A stretch of DNA of 40,880 nucleotides from Gemmatimonadota bacterium (GTDB taxonomy: Bacteria; 4572-55; J002): assembly GCA_003697105.1 (NCBI GenBank), contig RFFQ01000034.1, positions 1 to 40,880 of the forward strand, read 5' to 3'. Position numbers and translations under genes: made by a program. Below are positions 9,548 through 18,405 of the stretch, piece by piece. Every line of letters starts with the position of its first letter. Within the stretch, counting starts at the first letter, position 1. The notes under the pieces were generated by a model. That model worked only from the letters and a program-made list of their open reading frames with translations. It made no database searches and was not told where the DNA came from.

Positions 9548-10750
9548 TTATTTTAAACCGGAGACACAAAAAATACCGGGAATCCGGTGTTTCTGCATCA
9601 ACGGGCGCAAATACCGCCGCACACTCCGCACCTGAATGGAACGAAAATGAACCTCATGAAACCAACGCTCGACGGTTTGTGGGTCAAATCCAAGCCAAAC
9701 ATTGCGCAGGGATTCCCACACGCCAGCTTGATCATGCCGCAGAAAATCGCACACCAACAATTGTCCTTGGGGGCGCAAAACGCGCCGACATTCGCGCAAT
9801 ACTGCTAGAGGGTCTACCGCATGGTGCAAAGCTAAATTGCAAACCAAGGCATCAACCGATTGGTCTGGAAGCGGCAGATGTTCAAAATCACCTTGCCGGA
9901 AGGTGACATTCTGCATCCCGCGTTGCCTAACTTTTTGGCGTGCCCGTTCCAGCATCTTTTCATTCTGGTCAAGTCCGATCACCTGCGCCACATAGCCCGC
10001 CAAAGCCAACGCACAATGTCCCGTGCCGGTCCCGATATCCAGTACAGTCATTTGCTGGTGAAGCGGCATCTGCTCGATCAGCCAATCGATCCACTCTTCT
10101 GCCACCAATTGGTCTCGCACATCATCCCATTGGGCGTAATTTTCGCTAAAATAACGTTGGACGTGCGCTTTCAATGCCTGCTTGAGGTCATGTTGCGGGT
10201 TGAGCGGGTCAATCCGGCGGAGCAAATCGGCGTATCCGGTGGATTGCGTGAGGGTCCCCACCCATTCGGGGGCAACCGCGAGCAAATACTCCCGCCGGAA
10301 GTTCTCCCGCGCCCGGTTGAGTAAGGAGGTTACGGCACTCTGGGAAAGCCCTAAGACCTCCGCAATGCGAGCATACGATAAGCCGTGCACATCTCGCAAT
10401 TCGATCACCCGACGATGGCGTTCCGGCAATATCTCCATAATGGAACGAATCAACAGGCGTGTTTCCACATCGCCCGGCGGGGACGACCGGTGCAGCCGCT
10501 CCGGGGACTCTGCCACCGCTTCCAGCCGGATTTTACGGAACTTGAGATAATTCAACGACATGTTTTTTGCCACACGATACAACCACGCCCGCCAGTTGAT
10601 CGCCATCGTATTCCCCATCCGCCGTTCAAATTGTACCGCTTTGACAAACACATCTTGACAGATGTCCCGGGCGGTCTCACCGTCCCCGATCATCTGTTTG
10701 ATGAAGCCGTAAATTTCACCTTCATACGGCATAAAATCTGGCGCCATCAT
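9548..10750 (-). CDS. ECF sigma factor fused to a C-terminal class I SAM-dependent methyltransferase-like (SahR-type) domain
   Basis: Sigma2: ARDICQDVFVKA...WLYRVAKN. Sigma4: LPERHRRVIELRDVHGLSYARIAEVLGLSQSAVTSLLNRAR. Methyltransferase: VLDIGTGTG, GLD, GDFEHLPL, LHH..DP, RVLRPQG. Confidence 0.9.
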   Translation of the reverse strand: MMAPDFMPYEGEIYGFIKQMIGDGETARDICQDVFVKAVQFERRMGNTMAINWRAWLYRVAKNMSLNYLKFRKIRLEAVAESPERLHRSSPPGDVETRLLIRSIMEILPERHRRVIELRDVHGLSYARIAEVLGLSQSAVTSLLNRARENFRREYLLAVAPEWVGTLTQSTGYADLLRRIDPLNPQHDLKQALKAHVQRYFSENYAQWDDVRDQLVAEEWIDWLIEQMPLHQQMTVLDIGTGTGHCALALAGYVAQVIGLDQNEKMLERARQKVRQRGMQNVTFRQGDFEHLPLPDQSVDALVCNLALHHAVDPLAVLRECRRVLRPQGQLLVCDFLRHDQAGVWESLRNVWLGFDPQTVERWFHEVHFRSIQVRSVRRYLRPLMQKHRIPGIFCVSGLK

Positions 10751-10777
10751 GCTTCCTTCATAAAGAATAGCCTCCGG

Positions 10778-13111
10778 TTAAGAATCCTCCAACGGTGTTC
10801 TCTCGTAAGCACTCACCTTCAAAAAGCGACGGAATCGCTCGCTGAGAATCAGTGCCAGCGTATCCTCAAATTGGTCGGAATGTTCCCAAGCGTCCAGTTG
10901 CGTTTTGGCATATTCATACCCAGTTTGTACCAGTTGGTCAATGGCAGTGAACTCCAACAGACCAAAATCATCAATAGGCGGCTTCAGATAAATATCGGCT
11001 TCCATTGCCGCGACCTGACCCTGATTGATGCTCCGGATGACCTGTGTACGCATGATAATATGCACCAGATTTGGTACTTGCAACGCTTTTTGGAACGGAT
11101 TTAACCAATGCCATAAGACCGTCCACGGCGATGGCAAATCTGGGGTTTCACACCGGATCATCATCTCCTCATCTGGAATGACATTGACCGAGATCACCAG
11201 CCCTCGCGCCATTTTGCGTATAACACCTGCCGGAAGATTATCCAACACCCCGCCATCAATATAGACCTGATGATTCTTAATCACCGGTGGGACCACCCCC
11301 GGTAAAGCCGTCGTGGCCCGGATGGCCTCCCAAACCGGACCCGTGCGATGAATAATGGTATCACTATTCGAGAGATTACACGAGATGGCAAAACAGTTGA
11401 TCCACAGATCTTCCAGCCGGCGCTCTCCAAAGATGTTTTGCATCAATTTATCGATTTTCCGCTTGGATAACAATGCCATGACCGGCAAGGTTAAATCCTT
11501 TATCACCGAATAATGACCCAAGATGGCTTTATTTTGGCGGTACAATTCGTCATGATCCCACCCCATCGCATATTGGGCGGCAATATAAGCCCCGGCACTG
11601 GTTCCCCCAATCACATCAATGGGGATACCGGCTTCCTGCAGTGCCCGGATGACACCGATATGCGCTAATCCCCGCGCACCCCCGCCCCCCAACACTAAAC
11701 CGATTGCCCGCCCGCTAATGATTCGGGCGAGACGATCAATATCCTCCTCACTTAATCCGCGTAAATGATGGTGGCTGGCTACCGTCCGCTCTGCCAACCA
11801 CAAACGTGTCCCCGAAGGCGACACGGTATCCGGTGGATGGATCAAGACCAGTGCTTTTTGCGCCAGAGTGATCCGGTTGAAATGGCTTAAAAATGCCATT
11901 TCAATTGCCCCCGGGGAGGGGTCTGTGTGCGGCTCGGCGAGGATAAGCACCAAATCGGCTTGTTGTAACGCTCGCTCCGTCCAAGCCGTAATGCCGGGAT
12001 CCGCTTCGTACACCAAAAAATCATATTTGATTTCCTGATCATCAAGCCAAGTGATCAGCCGAATGTTATAGGGGTCTTTCACCGCCAATCCTGCCGCGCC
12101 ACTCCAGCCAATCATCTGATCCAGAGATTCATTATTCAAATACAACACGGAACTATAGGTTCGCAGTGATTGCACCAACCGCCGGCAAAATTCCCCAACG
12201 GGTGCGTCTTTGCGGTGCCCGATCACCGCAATATTTTTGGGAATGGAACCGGCTAACCGGCGATGCCGGCGCATATCATTGCGCAACCGGTCAATTAGGG
12301 TTTCCGTGATGGCAAACATCATCTGCGGGTACTGGCGGGTAATGCGTTCAAATACAGGCTTGGAAATCCGTGCCAAAACCGAATCCCGCACCGACCGGAC
12401 GGTTGCGGTCCGTCCCTCATGGGTGAACATGGAAACCTCGCCGATCAATTCACCTCGGGAAAGCTCACCGACGATCTCAAAATCCCCATGTTGCGTTTCG
12501 ACGACCACTTGCAAGCGCCCATTGACCACAATGTACATGCTGTCGCCAATATCACCTTGCCGGAAGAGGGTCTGCCCGTCCCCTAACTGCACCCATTCCA
12601 CCAGATCGCCAATATCACGCCATGCCACCTCGGTGTGAATCCCGAATAATTCCGGTAACAGTGCCAATAATTGATTCCGCATGAGCCGCCGCCGGACAAT
12701 ATTCGTGAGATGGGTTACGGTCTGCGGGGATTCCTGAATCAGGTGTTCAAATGTTGATTTTTCCAGACGCACGAGCGTTGTTTCTTGTGTGGCAATGACG
12801 GTTGCCGTGCGCTGCCCGCCCGTCAGGATTTGCATTTCGCCCACCGGTTGCCCCGCCTCTAAATCCGCAACAAAGGCTTCCGTACCATCTGGTTTTTCCA
12901 TAGTCACCCGTAAATTGCCATGAACCACCACATAGAGCGCATCACTGGGGTCATTTTGCCGGAACAGCACTTCACCGGCGCCTAACCGGATATACTGAAC
13001 GCGCTCAACCAGATGCTGCAGTACCGGCGTCAATAAATCCGTAAACAGTTCACAGATTTGGAGGTCTTGCTGAATTTGCTCAGCAGGAGGAAGAGGAGTG
13101 AGGTATTCCAT
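10778..13111 (-). CDS. Two cyclic-nucleotide-binding domains plus patatin-like phospholipase (NTE family)
   Basis: Two cNMP domains (LFRQND..GEMQIL..RTATV and LFRQGD..GEVSM..RTATV). Patatin motifs GGGGARG, GTSAG and DGG. Start ATG 13111 with AGGAG RBS. Confidence 0.92.
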   Translation of the reverse strand: MEYLTPLPPAEQIQQDLQICELFTDLLTPVLQHLVERVQYIRLGAGEVLFRQNDPSDALYVVVHGNLRVTMEKPDGTEAFVADLEAGQPVGEMQILTGGQRTATVIATQETTLVRLEKSTFEHLIQESPQTVTHLTNIVRRRLMRNQLLALLPELFGIHTEVAWRDIGDLVEWVQLGDGQTLFRQGDIGDSMYIVVNGRLQVVVETQHGDFEIVGELSRGELIGEVSMFTHEGRTATVRSVRDSVLARISKPVFERITRQYPQMMFAITETLIDRLRNDMRRHRRLAGSIPKNIAVIGHRKDAPVGEFCRRLVQSLRTYSSVLYLNNESLDQMIGWSGAAGLAVKDPYNIRLITWLDDQEIKYDFLVYEADPGITAWTERALQQADLVLILAEPHTDPSPGAIEMAFLSHFNRITLAQKALVLIHPPDTVSPSGTRLWLAERTVASHHHLRGLSEEDIDRLARIISGRAIGLVLGGGGARGLAHIGVIRALQEAGIPIDVIGGTSAGAYIAAQYAMGWDHDELYRQNKAILGHYSVIKDLTLPVMALLSKRKIDKLMQNIFGERRLEDLWINCFAISCNLSNSDTIIHRTGPVWEAIRATTALPGVVPPVIKNHQVYIDGGVLDNLPAGVIRKMARGLVISVNVIPDEEMMIRCETPDLPSPWTVLWHWLNPFQKALQVPNLVHIIMRTQVIRSINQGQVAAMEADIYLKPPIDDFGLLEFTAIDQLVQTGYEYAKTQLDAWEHSDQFEDTLALILSERFRRFLKVSAYERTPLEDS

Positions 13112-13232
13112 AGTGCTCCTTTGAAAAGTATGCGATTGAAGATACAGTCGAATAGCGATGCCAACTCGTGATAGTGCCGCCGGTGTATCACCGGACAGCA
13201 CTCATTTCGGGACATACACTATCCGGTCATAT

Positions 13233-14216
13233 TTAAGGACGTAAAGCCGGTAGAAAATCGAGGATAGTATCGATCAGTTGGGCGTTATGCTCCGGGGAAA
13301 GAATATCGCCTGCCAATACATGGTTGGAGGGGTCACCGGCTTCCGGGATTTCCACCACCGTTTTCACGGGAGATCCCCACCGCTGGATGTAGTGGAGGGT
13401 CTTTTCGGGATTGACTACCTGATCGTTCGGGGAATAAAACAGTAATAACGGCGTTTTAATTGATTCCAGTGGAAGCTTGCGCACGTACTCCACCAGACCC
13501 ATCATCGGCAGAAGGGCAAGGGTGGGATAGCTGGTGGTCCAGTACCTTTCTTGCAAATCGTTCGCCGCATCCCACCGGTAGGTCTCCCCATTGAGGAGTG
13601 GGACAAACCGGTTTGCCCAGGGGAACAAAAGCACTTCCGAGAGCGGGTCCTTAGGACCGTAATTGGGCGAGATGAGCACCACCGCCAGGACGTCTGCCGC
13701 TGGGGGTTGCGTTGCCAGCCACGTTGCCAGCGTACCGCCGGTGGATGTCCCAATGAGCAGAACACGCTCCCCAATTCGCCGCCCGATCTCCAGTGCCTCG
13801 TCAGCATCGGTTAACCATGCCTGCACCGTCCCCGCCAACATTGCCGCACTCCCCCGCCCATGACCGGTTAAGCGGGTATAAAATAGATTCGCGCCCAGTA
13901 CCTGCGCCAACGAATCACACACCGGCGCAATCTCCTGCCGCGTGGCAGAAAAGCCATGCAGATAAACAATGGAAACCGGTGTTTGACGCTGACTCGAATC
14001 CGCCCAGATGATGGTCTTCTCTGTGCCGGGAATGATGTCCGGGAACACTGCTTCGGATCGCGCTAAATATGCCTCCAAATCATCCAAATCATCCGGTAGG
14101 TGCCGCGGCTGAAAGGTATCATCTATTGCCACACGCGGACCCAGCATAAAAGCCACCCCCCCCAGCAGGAACAGAATCAACAGCAGGAGTAACATTCCAA
14201 TTTTCATTCTCAACAT
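13233..14216 (-). CDS. Alpha/beta hydrolase (esterase/lysophospholipase-like) with N-terminal anchor
   Basis: YLHGF oxyanion motif, GTSTGG nucleophile elbow, DQVV and HVL. ATG 14216 with a GGAGG RBS. Confidence 0.88.
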   Translation of the reverse strand: MLRMKIGMLLLLLILFLLGGVAFMLGPRVAIDDTFQPRHLPDDLDDLEAYLARSEAVFPDIIPGTEKTIIWADSSQRQTPVSIVYLHGFSATRQEIAPVCDSLAQVLGANLFYTRLTGHGRGSAAMLAGTVQAWLTDADEALEIGRRIGERVLLIGTSTGGTLATWLATQPPAADVLAVVLISPNYGPKDPLSEVLLFPWANRFVPLLNGETYRWDAANDLQERYWTTSYPTLALLPMMGLVEYVRKLPLESIKTPLLLFYSPNDQVVNPEKTLHYIQRWGSPVKTVVEIPEAGDPSNHVLAGDILSPEHNAQLIDTILDFLPALRP

Positions 14217-14217
14217 C

Positions 14218-14451
14218 TCATTCCCCCTCCTTAGGGGCAATGCCGGCTACAAACCGGTCAAACTCGGGGAAATCCCACTGATCTAATATGCCCTTTACCC
14301 TATACAGGTATTTAAAAAAGACCATAAAACGCATTAAAACCAACACAAAACTACCAAATGCAATAAACTGTTTATGATCACGATCTAAATCTAAATAAGT
14401 TGGGTAGGCTTTGAGGATCGCCCGCAAATTGTCCGCCCATTGCGCCTCCAC
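14218..14451 (-). CDS. Possible small hypothetical protein (start uncertain)
   Basis: The frame is open from 14547, but that TTG lies in a promoter -35, so GTG 14451 is more plausible. The stop abuts the hydrolase start. No family recognised. Confidence 0.3.
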   Translation of the reverse strand: MEAQWADNLRAILKAYPTYLDLDRDHKQFIAFGSFVLVLMRFMVFFKYLYRVKGILDQWDFPEFDRFVAGIAPKEGE

Positions 14452-14518
14452 CCGCTTTTTCTCTTTAGTTTTGGAAGACGGTGCGCGGTTGGGGATTGGT
14501 TCGACCACGTTAAAATCT

Positions 14519-14547
14519 AGTTTAGCGAGGATTAAACGGGTTGTCAA
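14519..14547 (-). promoter_or_regulatory. Sigma70-type promoter upstream of the hydrolase/patatin/ECF gene string
   Basis: Minus strand TTGACA-N17-TAAACT. Confidence 0.6.
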
Positions 14548-14630
14548 GCAGATTTTAGTCCTAAAAAACCGTTGTCACTGGCGGGGCGAGCGGCAACGGT
14601 TTTTGGCAATTCGGTCGTCTGGGGGCAGTC

Positions 14631-15602
14631 TCATAGCTGGTGTGGCGGCGGAGAGTCCGTTTTGAGGTCTGGCTGGGGATGGATTACCCGGAGCGAGGCG
14701 GCGAAGTCGTTCCAGCTTTGAGGGCGGTCTTTAAAGACTTTGGTGAGATCGATGGTGTTCGCGGTGAGTTCCACCCGCCGTCCTTTAAAGTTGGGGAATT
14801 CGTACAGGATCACGGTGGTGCCCGGACTGATTTTAAGGGATGAGATGCGCTGGTTCCAGCCGATTTGGCTTAAATCGGCGAGGGCACTGGGCACATCGAG
14901 TTCAAGGGCGTCACCCTGATAGTAGGCGTGTTCGTAAATCCGGACGGACGGCGGCGCATCCGGGGGAGCAATTCGGCGCACGCGGAAGGAGGAGACCCGG
15001 TCATTCCAGGTTGAGGCGGTATTTTCGCGTATATACCTCAAATTGGGGGCATCGTGGCGAAGGGTGATCGAGGGTCCTCCCAGTTGGGCATCTTCATACA
15101 AAGTTACCTCATAGCCCTCTGCCACACGCACGGCGGAGATGCGGTCATTCCAACCGGTCTGGGCGAGGTCATACAAGGTTGCCCCATCGCCCACTGCCAA
15201 AGATTCCCCCCGGTAATAGGCGGCATCGTAAAAGATCACAACGGCTTCGGGCGTCCCGTCCGGCTGCCCGACGGTTAAGGAAGAAATCCGGTTGTCCCAA
15301 CTGGTGTTTGCCGGGTCATCTCGAATCCAACGGAGGTCGGGGACACTTTCGTGGAAGGTGATGGAATGCCCTTCAAAACGGGGATCGGCATAGACGGTAA
15401 CATCCACTCCGGGGTCAATTTGGATCGAGGAAATCGTATCATTCCAATGAAGTTGTGCCAGATCATACCAATATGTATTGGCATCCAAGACCAGCCTGTT
15501 CCCTTGATATTCTGGATGTTCGTACAGGTAAATTTGTTGCGTGGGTGCGGCGGTCACCCACCCCGCCAATAGCAGCAAGCATACATACCAACGTCGCCAC
15601 AT
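14631..15602 (-). CDS. Secreted beta/gamma-crystallin domain protein (three domains)
   Basis: Signal peptide. Six repeats of Y/F-E-x-x-x-Y/F-x-G...W-N-D-x-I-S-S (WNDTISS, WDNRISS, WNDRISA, WNDRVSS, WNQRISS, WNDFAAS). Confidence 0.88.
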   Translation of the reverse strand: MWRRWYVCLLLLAGWVTAAPTQQIYLYEHPEYQGNRLVLDANTYWYDLAQLHWNDTISSIQIDPGVDVTVYADPRFEGHSITFHESVPDLRWIRDDPANTSWDNRISSLTVGQPDGTPEAVVIFYDAAYYRGESLAVGDGATLYDLAQTGWNDRISAVRVAEGYEVTLYEDAQLGGPSITLRHDAPNLRYIRENTASTWNDRVSSFRVRRIAPPDAPPSVRIYEHAYYQGDALELDVPSALADLSQIGWNQRISSLKISPGTTVILYEFPNFKGRRVELTANTIDLTKVFKDRPQSWNDFAASLRVIHPQPDLKTDSPPPHQL

Positions 15603-15670
15603 GGTTCAAACTCCTCAAGTTAAAAGTGGATCGGTAACGCCAATACGTTCACTCCAAAAATTTAGCGAAG

Positions 15671-15690
15671 GTATTGTAACGTAACAATAC
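15671..15690. promoter_or_regulatory. Near-perfect 20-bp palindrome, candidate operator
   Basis: GTATTGTAACGTAACAATAC in the divergent intergenic region. Confidence 0.4.
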
Positions 15691-15733
15691 TCATCCCTAT
15701 GACGACGGCATCTTCCCCAATTGCAAAAAATTT

Positions 15734-15771
15734 GTAGGCGTGCAACGCACTTTTAGAAGTGCGCTGCACCT
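15734..15771. repeat. REP-like inverted repeat
   Basis: GTAG followed by GTGCAaCGCACTT-TTAG-AAGTGCGcTGCAC. Confidence 0.45.
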
Positions 15772-15782
15772 GAAATTAGTTC

Positions 15783-15811
15783 TTGACACCCTTTGTATTT
15801 TTTGCTACTTT
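15783..15811 (+). promoter_or_regulatory. Sigma70-type promoter upstream of the small lipoprotein gene and rpmB
   Basis: TTGACA-N17-TACTTT. Confidence 0.55.
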
Positions 15812-15898
15812 GCGCTACCGATTCCAAAGTGTAGCAAGTTAAGGAATTCCCTCAAGGTAGGTAATTCCTTATTTTTATAGTGTTAAGGAGTTCCGGTC

Positions 15899-16189
15899 AT
15901 GAGAAAGATCATACTTTTCGGACTACTGCTGAGTTGGATGGGGGCAGTTGCCGGATGCACGGTGTTTGAAACAGAACGGTACTCTATGGCGTATTTGGAA
16001 TCGCGTTATCCTGCCGATAGTGAACAGCGGTTTTGGATCAGCAAAAACGGCATCCCGGATGATATTCAAATCCGCTACAGTTACGATAAAAAAGTGAAGT
16101 ACGAAACCTTCATCTGGCACAAAGGGAAGCCGGATGAACGCTGGATTTTATTTGAAAATGGGAAAGCGACAATCTTTTCATTCTTATAA
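15899..16189 (+). CDS. Small hypothetical lipoprotein
   Basis: AAGGAG RBS and MRKIILFGLLLSWMGAVAGC lipobox. Confidence 0.75.
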   Translation: MRKIILFGLLLSWMGAVAGCTVFETERYSMAYLESRYPADSEQRFWISKNGIPDDIQIRYSYDKKVKYETFIWHKGKPDERWILFENGKATIFSFL

Positions 16190-16207
16190 ATTTAGGAGGA
16201 TGTTATA

Positions 16208-16429
16208 ATGTCCAAACGCTGTGATATATGCGGCAAAGGGGCGATGGTTGGAAATCGGGTCAGCCACGCCAATAACAAAACCAAACATCGTTTTATGCCG
16301 AATCTGCAAAATGTCCGGGCAATAGTGAATGGGCAGGTCAAACGGGTCAAAATTTGTACCCGCTGTTTGCGGAGCGGAAAAATAGAAAAAGCCATACGCG
16401 GGCGCCGTTACACGCCGGAAATGGCATAA
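16208..16429 (+). CDS. rpmB: 50S ribosomal protein L28 (zinc-binding C+ form)
   Basis: [10 protein letters not shown]...[20 protein letters not shown]...CTRCLRS, AGGAGG RBS. Confidence 0.97.
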   Translation: MSKRCDICGKGAMVGNRVSHANNKTKHRFMPNLQNVRAIVNGQVKRVKICTRCLRSGKIEKAIRGRRYTPEMA

Positions 16430-16435
16430 CAGAAG

Positions 16436-16464
16436 AAAGAGTAGCAATTCGCTACTCTTTTTTT
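16436..16464 (+). terminator. Intrinsic terminator after rpmB
   Basis: AAAGAGTAGC-aattc-GCTACTCTTT followed by a T run. Confidence 0.8.
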
Positions 16465-16478
16465 ATATCGAGCCGGAT

Positions 16479-17270
16479 ATGAAAAACGTATTATTGAGTA
16501 TGATTATACTTGCCGGTCTGGGAGCCGCATGGTATCTCGCCTACCACCGGGTCACGACCGCCGGTGAACCGTTGCCCGAACCCCATCCAACACACCCCGT
16601 CTCTACCATTTGGGCAATGGGTCAAGCGGAATGGTCAATGGCACAACTTCGGGCACAAACGCACCGTTGCCGCGAACAGCGAGAGTTTCCCTCTCCTACC
16701 GGCAACCGGCAGACGGGAGTGGTCTTCATCCGGAACCAGACAGATCAGAGGGATATACCGCCGTGGGAACGCGAGCACCGGGTATGGCTCTATTGGGGGT
16801 CAACCGCAATGGATTCCGTACTCCGTTTTGGGCGGGCGATGGTCAAGGATACCACCTACCCCAGCGGTACGCTACTGAATGCCACCATCACCCAGCGGCA
16901 CGCGGATTCCGTAACCGTCAGGGGGACCATCGATCTGCCTTTGGCGGGATTAGCCGCCTTTTCGTTTGTGGAAGCCCACGCGGACAGCCTGTACGCCCTC
17001 GGGGCAGAATTGCCGGTGCTCCAGCAAGTGGAATTCGGGCTAGACCCCACACAAGCGGAGCCGTGGCGGTTTGCCCAGTATGCGTGGGAAGCAGCAACAG
17101 AACGGGTACTTGTCCGGTTTACCTCCGCCAAATTAGACAACTCCGAGATCGAACACCGCGGTCACCGGGATCGGGGTGATTTTCTGGTAGCATGGGTCGC
17201 TGTTGACGCCAAGCAATACCACATCACGGATATTTATCTCAGCAAAGAAGAATTAATCTGGTTAGAATAA
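16479..17270 (+). CDS. Hypothetical membrane-anchored or exported protein
   Basis: 263 aa with an N-terminal hydrophobic helix. Its stop overlaps the next start (TAATG). Confidence 0.75.
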   Translation: MKNVLLSMIILAGLGAAWYLAYHRVTTAGEPLPEPHPTHPVSTIWAMGQAEWSMAQLRAQTHRCREQREFPSPTGNRQTGVVFIRNQTDQRDIPPWEREHRVWLYWGSTAMDSVLRFGRAMVKDTTYPSGTLLNATITQRHADSVTVRGTIDLPLAGLAAFSFVEAHADSLYALGAELPVLQQVEFGLDPTQAEPWRFAQYAWEAATERVLVRFTSAKLDNSEIEHRGHRDRGDFLVAWVAVDAKQYHITDIYLSKEELIWLE

Positions 17271-18364
17271 TGAAAAGAACATCCGATTTTTTGAAGTTGA
17301 TCCTTTTGAGCGGTCTGTTGATCCTGTTAAGCGGCTGTTCTGAAAATGATCCGCCGACCATTCCGCCACCGGGTACCGGTAACACACCACCGGATACCAC
17401 CCAGCCCGGTGATTTTGCCTACGAGATTTACTTTTCGCAGGTTTATTCCGGCAACCCCAGCGACGCCGAAGCCAACCCGAACAACGCCGATAAACATCTG
17501 GTTGCTAAAATTGATGCCACAGAACGGACGCTTGATATTGCCGCCCACGAAATCGATAGTTACCTTATTGCCAATGCCATCATCGCCGCCCACCAACGCG
17601 GGGTGCGGGTACGCATCGTTGGCGAAAGTAATTATGCGGATGAAAACGCCATGCAAAACATCCGTGCCGCCGGTATTCCGGTGGTGTTTGATGGGCGTCC
17701 CGAAAGTTTGATGCACAACAAATTTCTGGTGTTTGATGAACACCGCATCTGGACGGGTAGCATGAACCTGACGTGGAACGGTGCCAACCGCAATAATAAC
17801 AATTCAGTCTGGATTGATTCCCCCGAACTGGCACAAAACTTCATCGCGGAATTTGAGGAAATGTTTTTACGACACGAATTCAGCTCCGATTCGGAGCCGA
17901 ATGTTCCTTACCCCGCCCTCTACATGGCAGATGGTACTCTTATCGAGACCTATTTTTCTCCCGATGATGATCGCACCATGACCGTGTTACAACATGCTGT
18001 GGCACAAGCAGATAGTGCCATCCGGTTTATGGCGTTCAGCTTTACACAGGATGAACTCAGCCGGGCAATGGTTGCCCGCTTCCGCGAGGGATTGATTGTC
18101 GAAGGCATTTTTGATGAAGATCAAGCGGAGGGAAGCTCAGAGTATGCTTACCTGATTAGTCAAGGTGTACCGGTCATTGTGGATAAAAACCGTTATTTTA
18201 TGCACCACAAAACGATCATCATTGATGATGACACGGTGATCACCGGTTCATATAACTTCAGCTACAACGCCGCCACCCGCAATGATGAAAATTTCCTAAT
18301 CATCCGCCAAAACCGCGACATTGCCGCCCAATATTTAGCAGAGTTTTACCGCTTGTACCACTAG
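17270..18364 (+). CDS. Phospholipase D-family (two HKD motifs) lipoprotein, nuclease or phospholipase
   Basis: Lipobox LSGC. MHNKFLVFD...GSMN and MHHKTIIIDD...GSYN. Confidence 0.9.
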   Translation: MKRTSDFLKLILLSGLLILLSGCSENDPPTIPPPGTGNTPPDTTQPGDFAYEIYFSQVYSGNPSDAEANPNNADKHLVAKIDATERTLDIAAHEIDSYLIANAIIAAHQRGVRVRIVGESNYADENAMQNIRAAGIPVVFDGRPESLMHNKFLVFDEHRIWTGSMNLTWNGANRNNNNSVWIDSPELAQNFIAEFEEMFLRHEFSSDSEPNVPYPALYMADGTLIETYFSPDDDRTMTVLQHAVAQADSAIRFMAFSFTQDELSRAMVARFREGLIVEGIFDEDQAEGSSEYAYLISQGVPVIVDKNRYFMHHKTIIIDDDTVITGSYNFSYNAATRNDENFLIIRQNRDIAAQYLAEFYRLYH

Positions 18365-18405
18365 ATAAAGGGCATCGCATCTTTAACGGCATTACACGAT
18401 TCAGA

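Noticed and set aside
14452-14547. TTG start of the 109-aa ORF
   Set aside because: The TTG is the -35 hexamer of a well-spaced promoter and has no RBS
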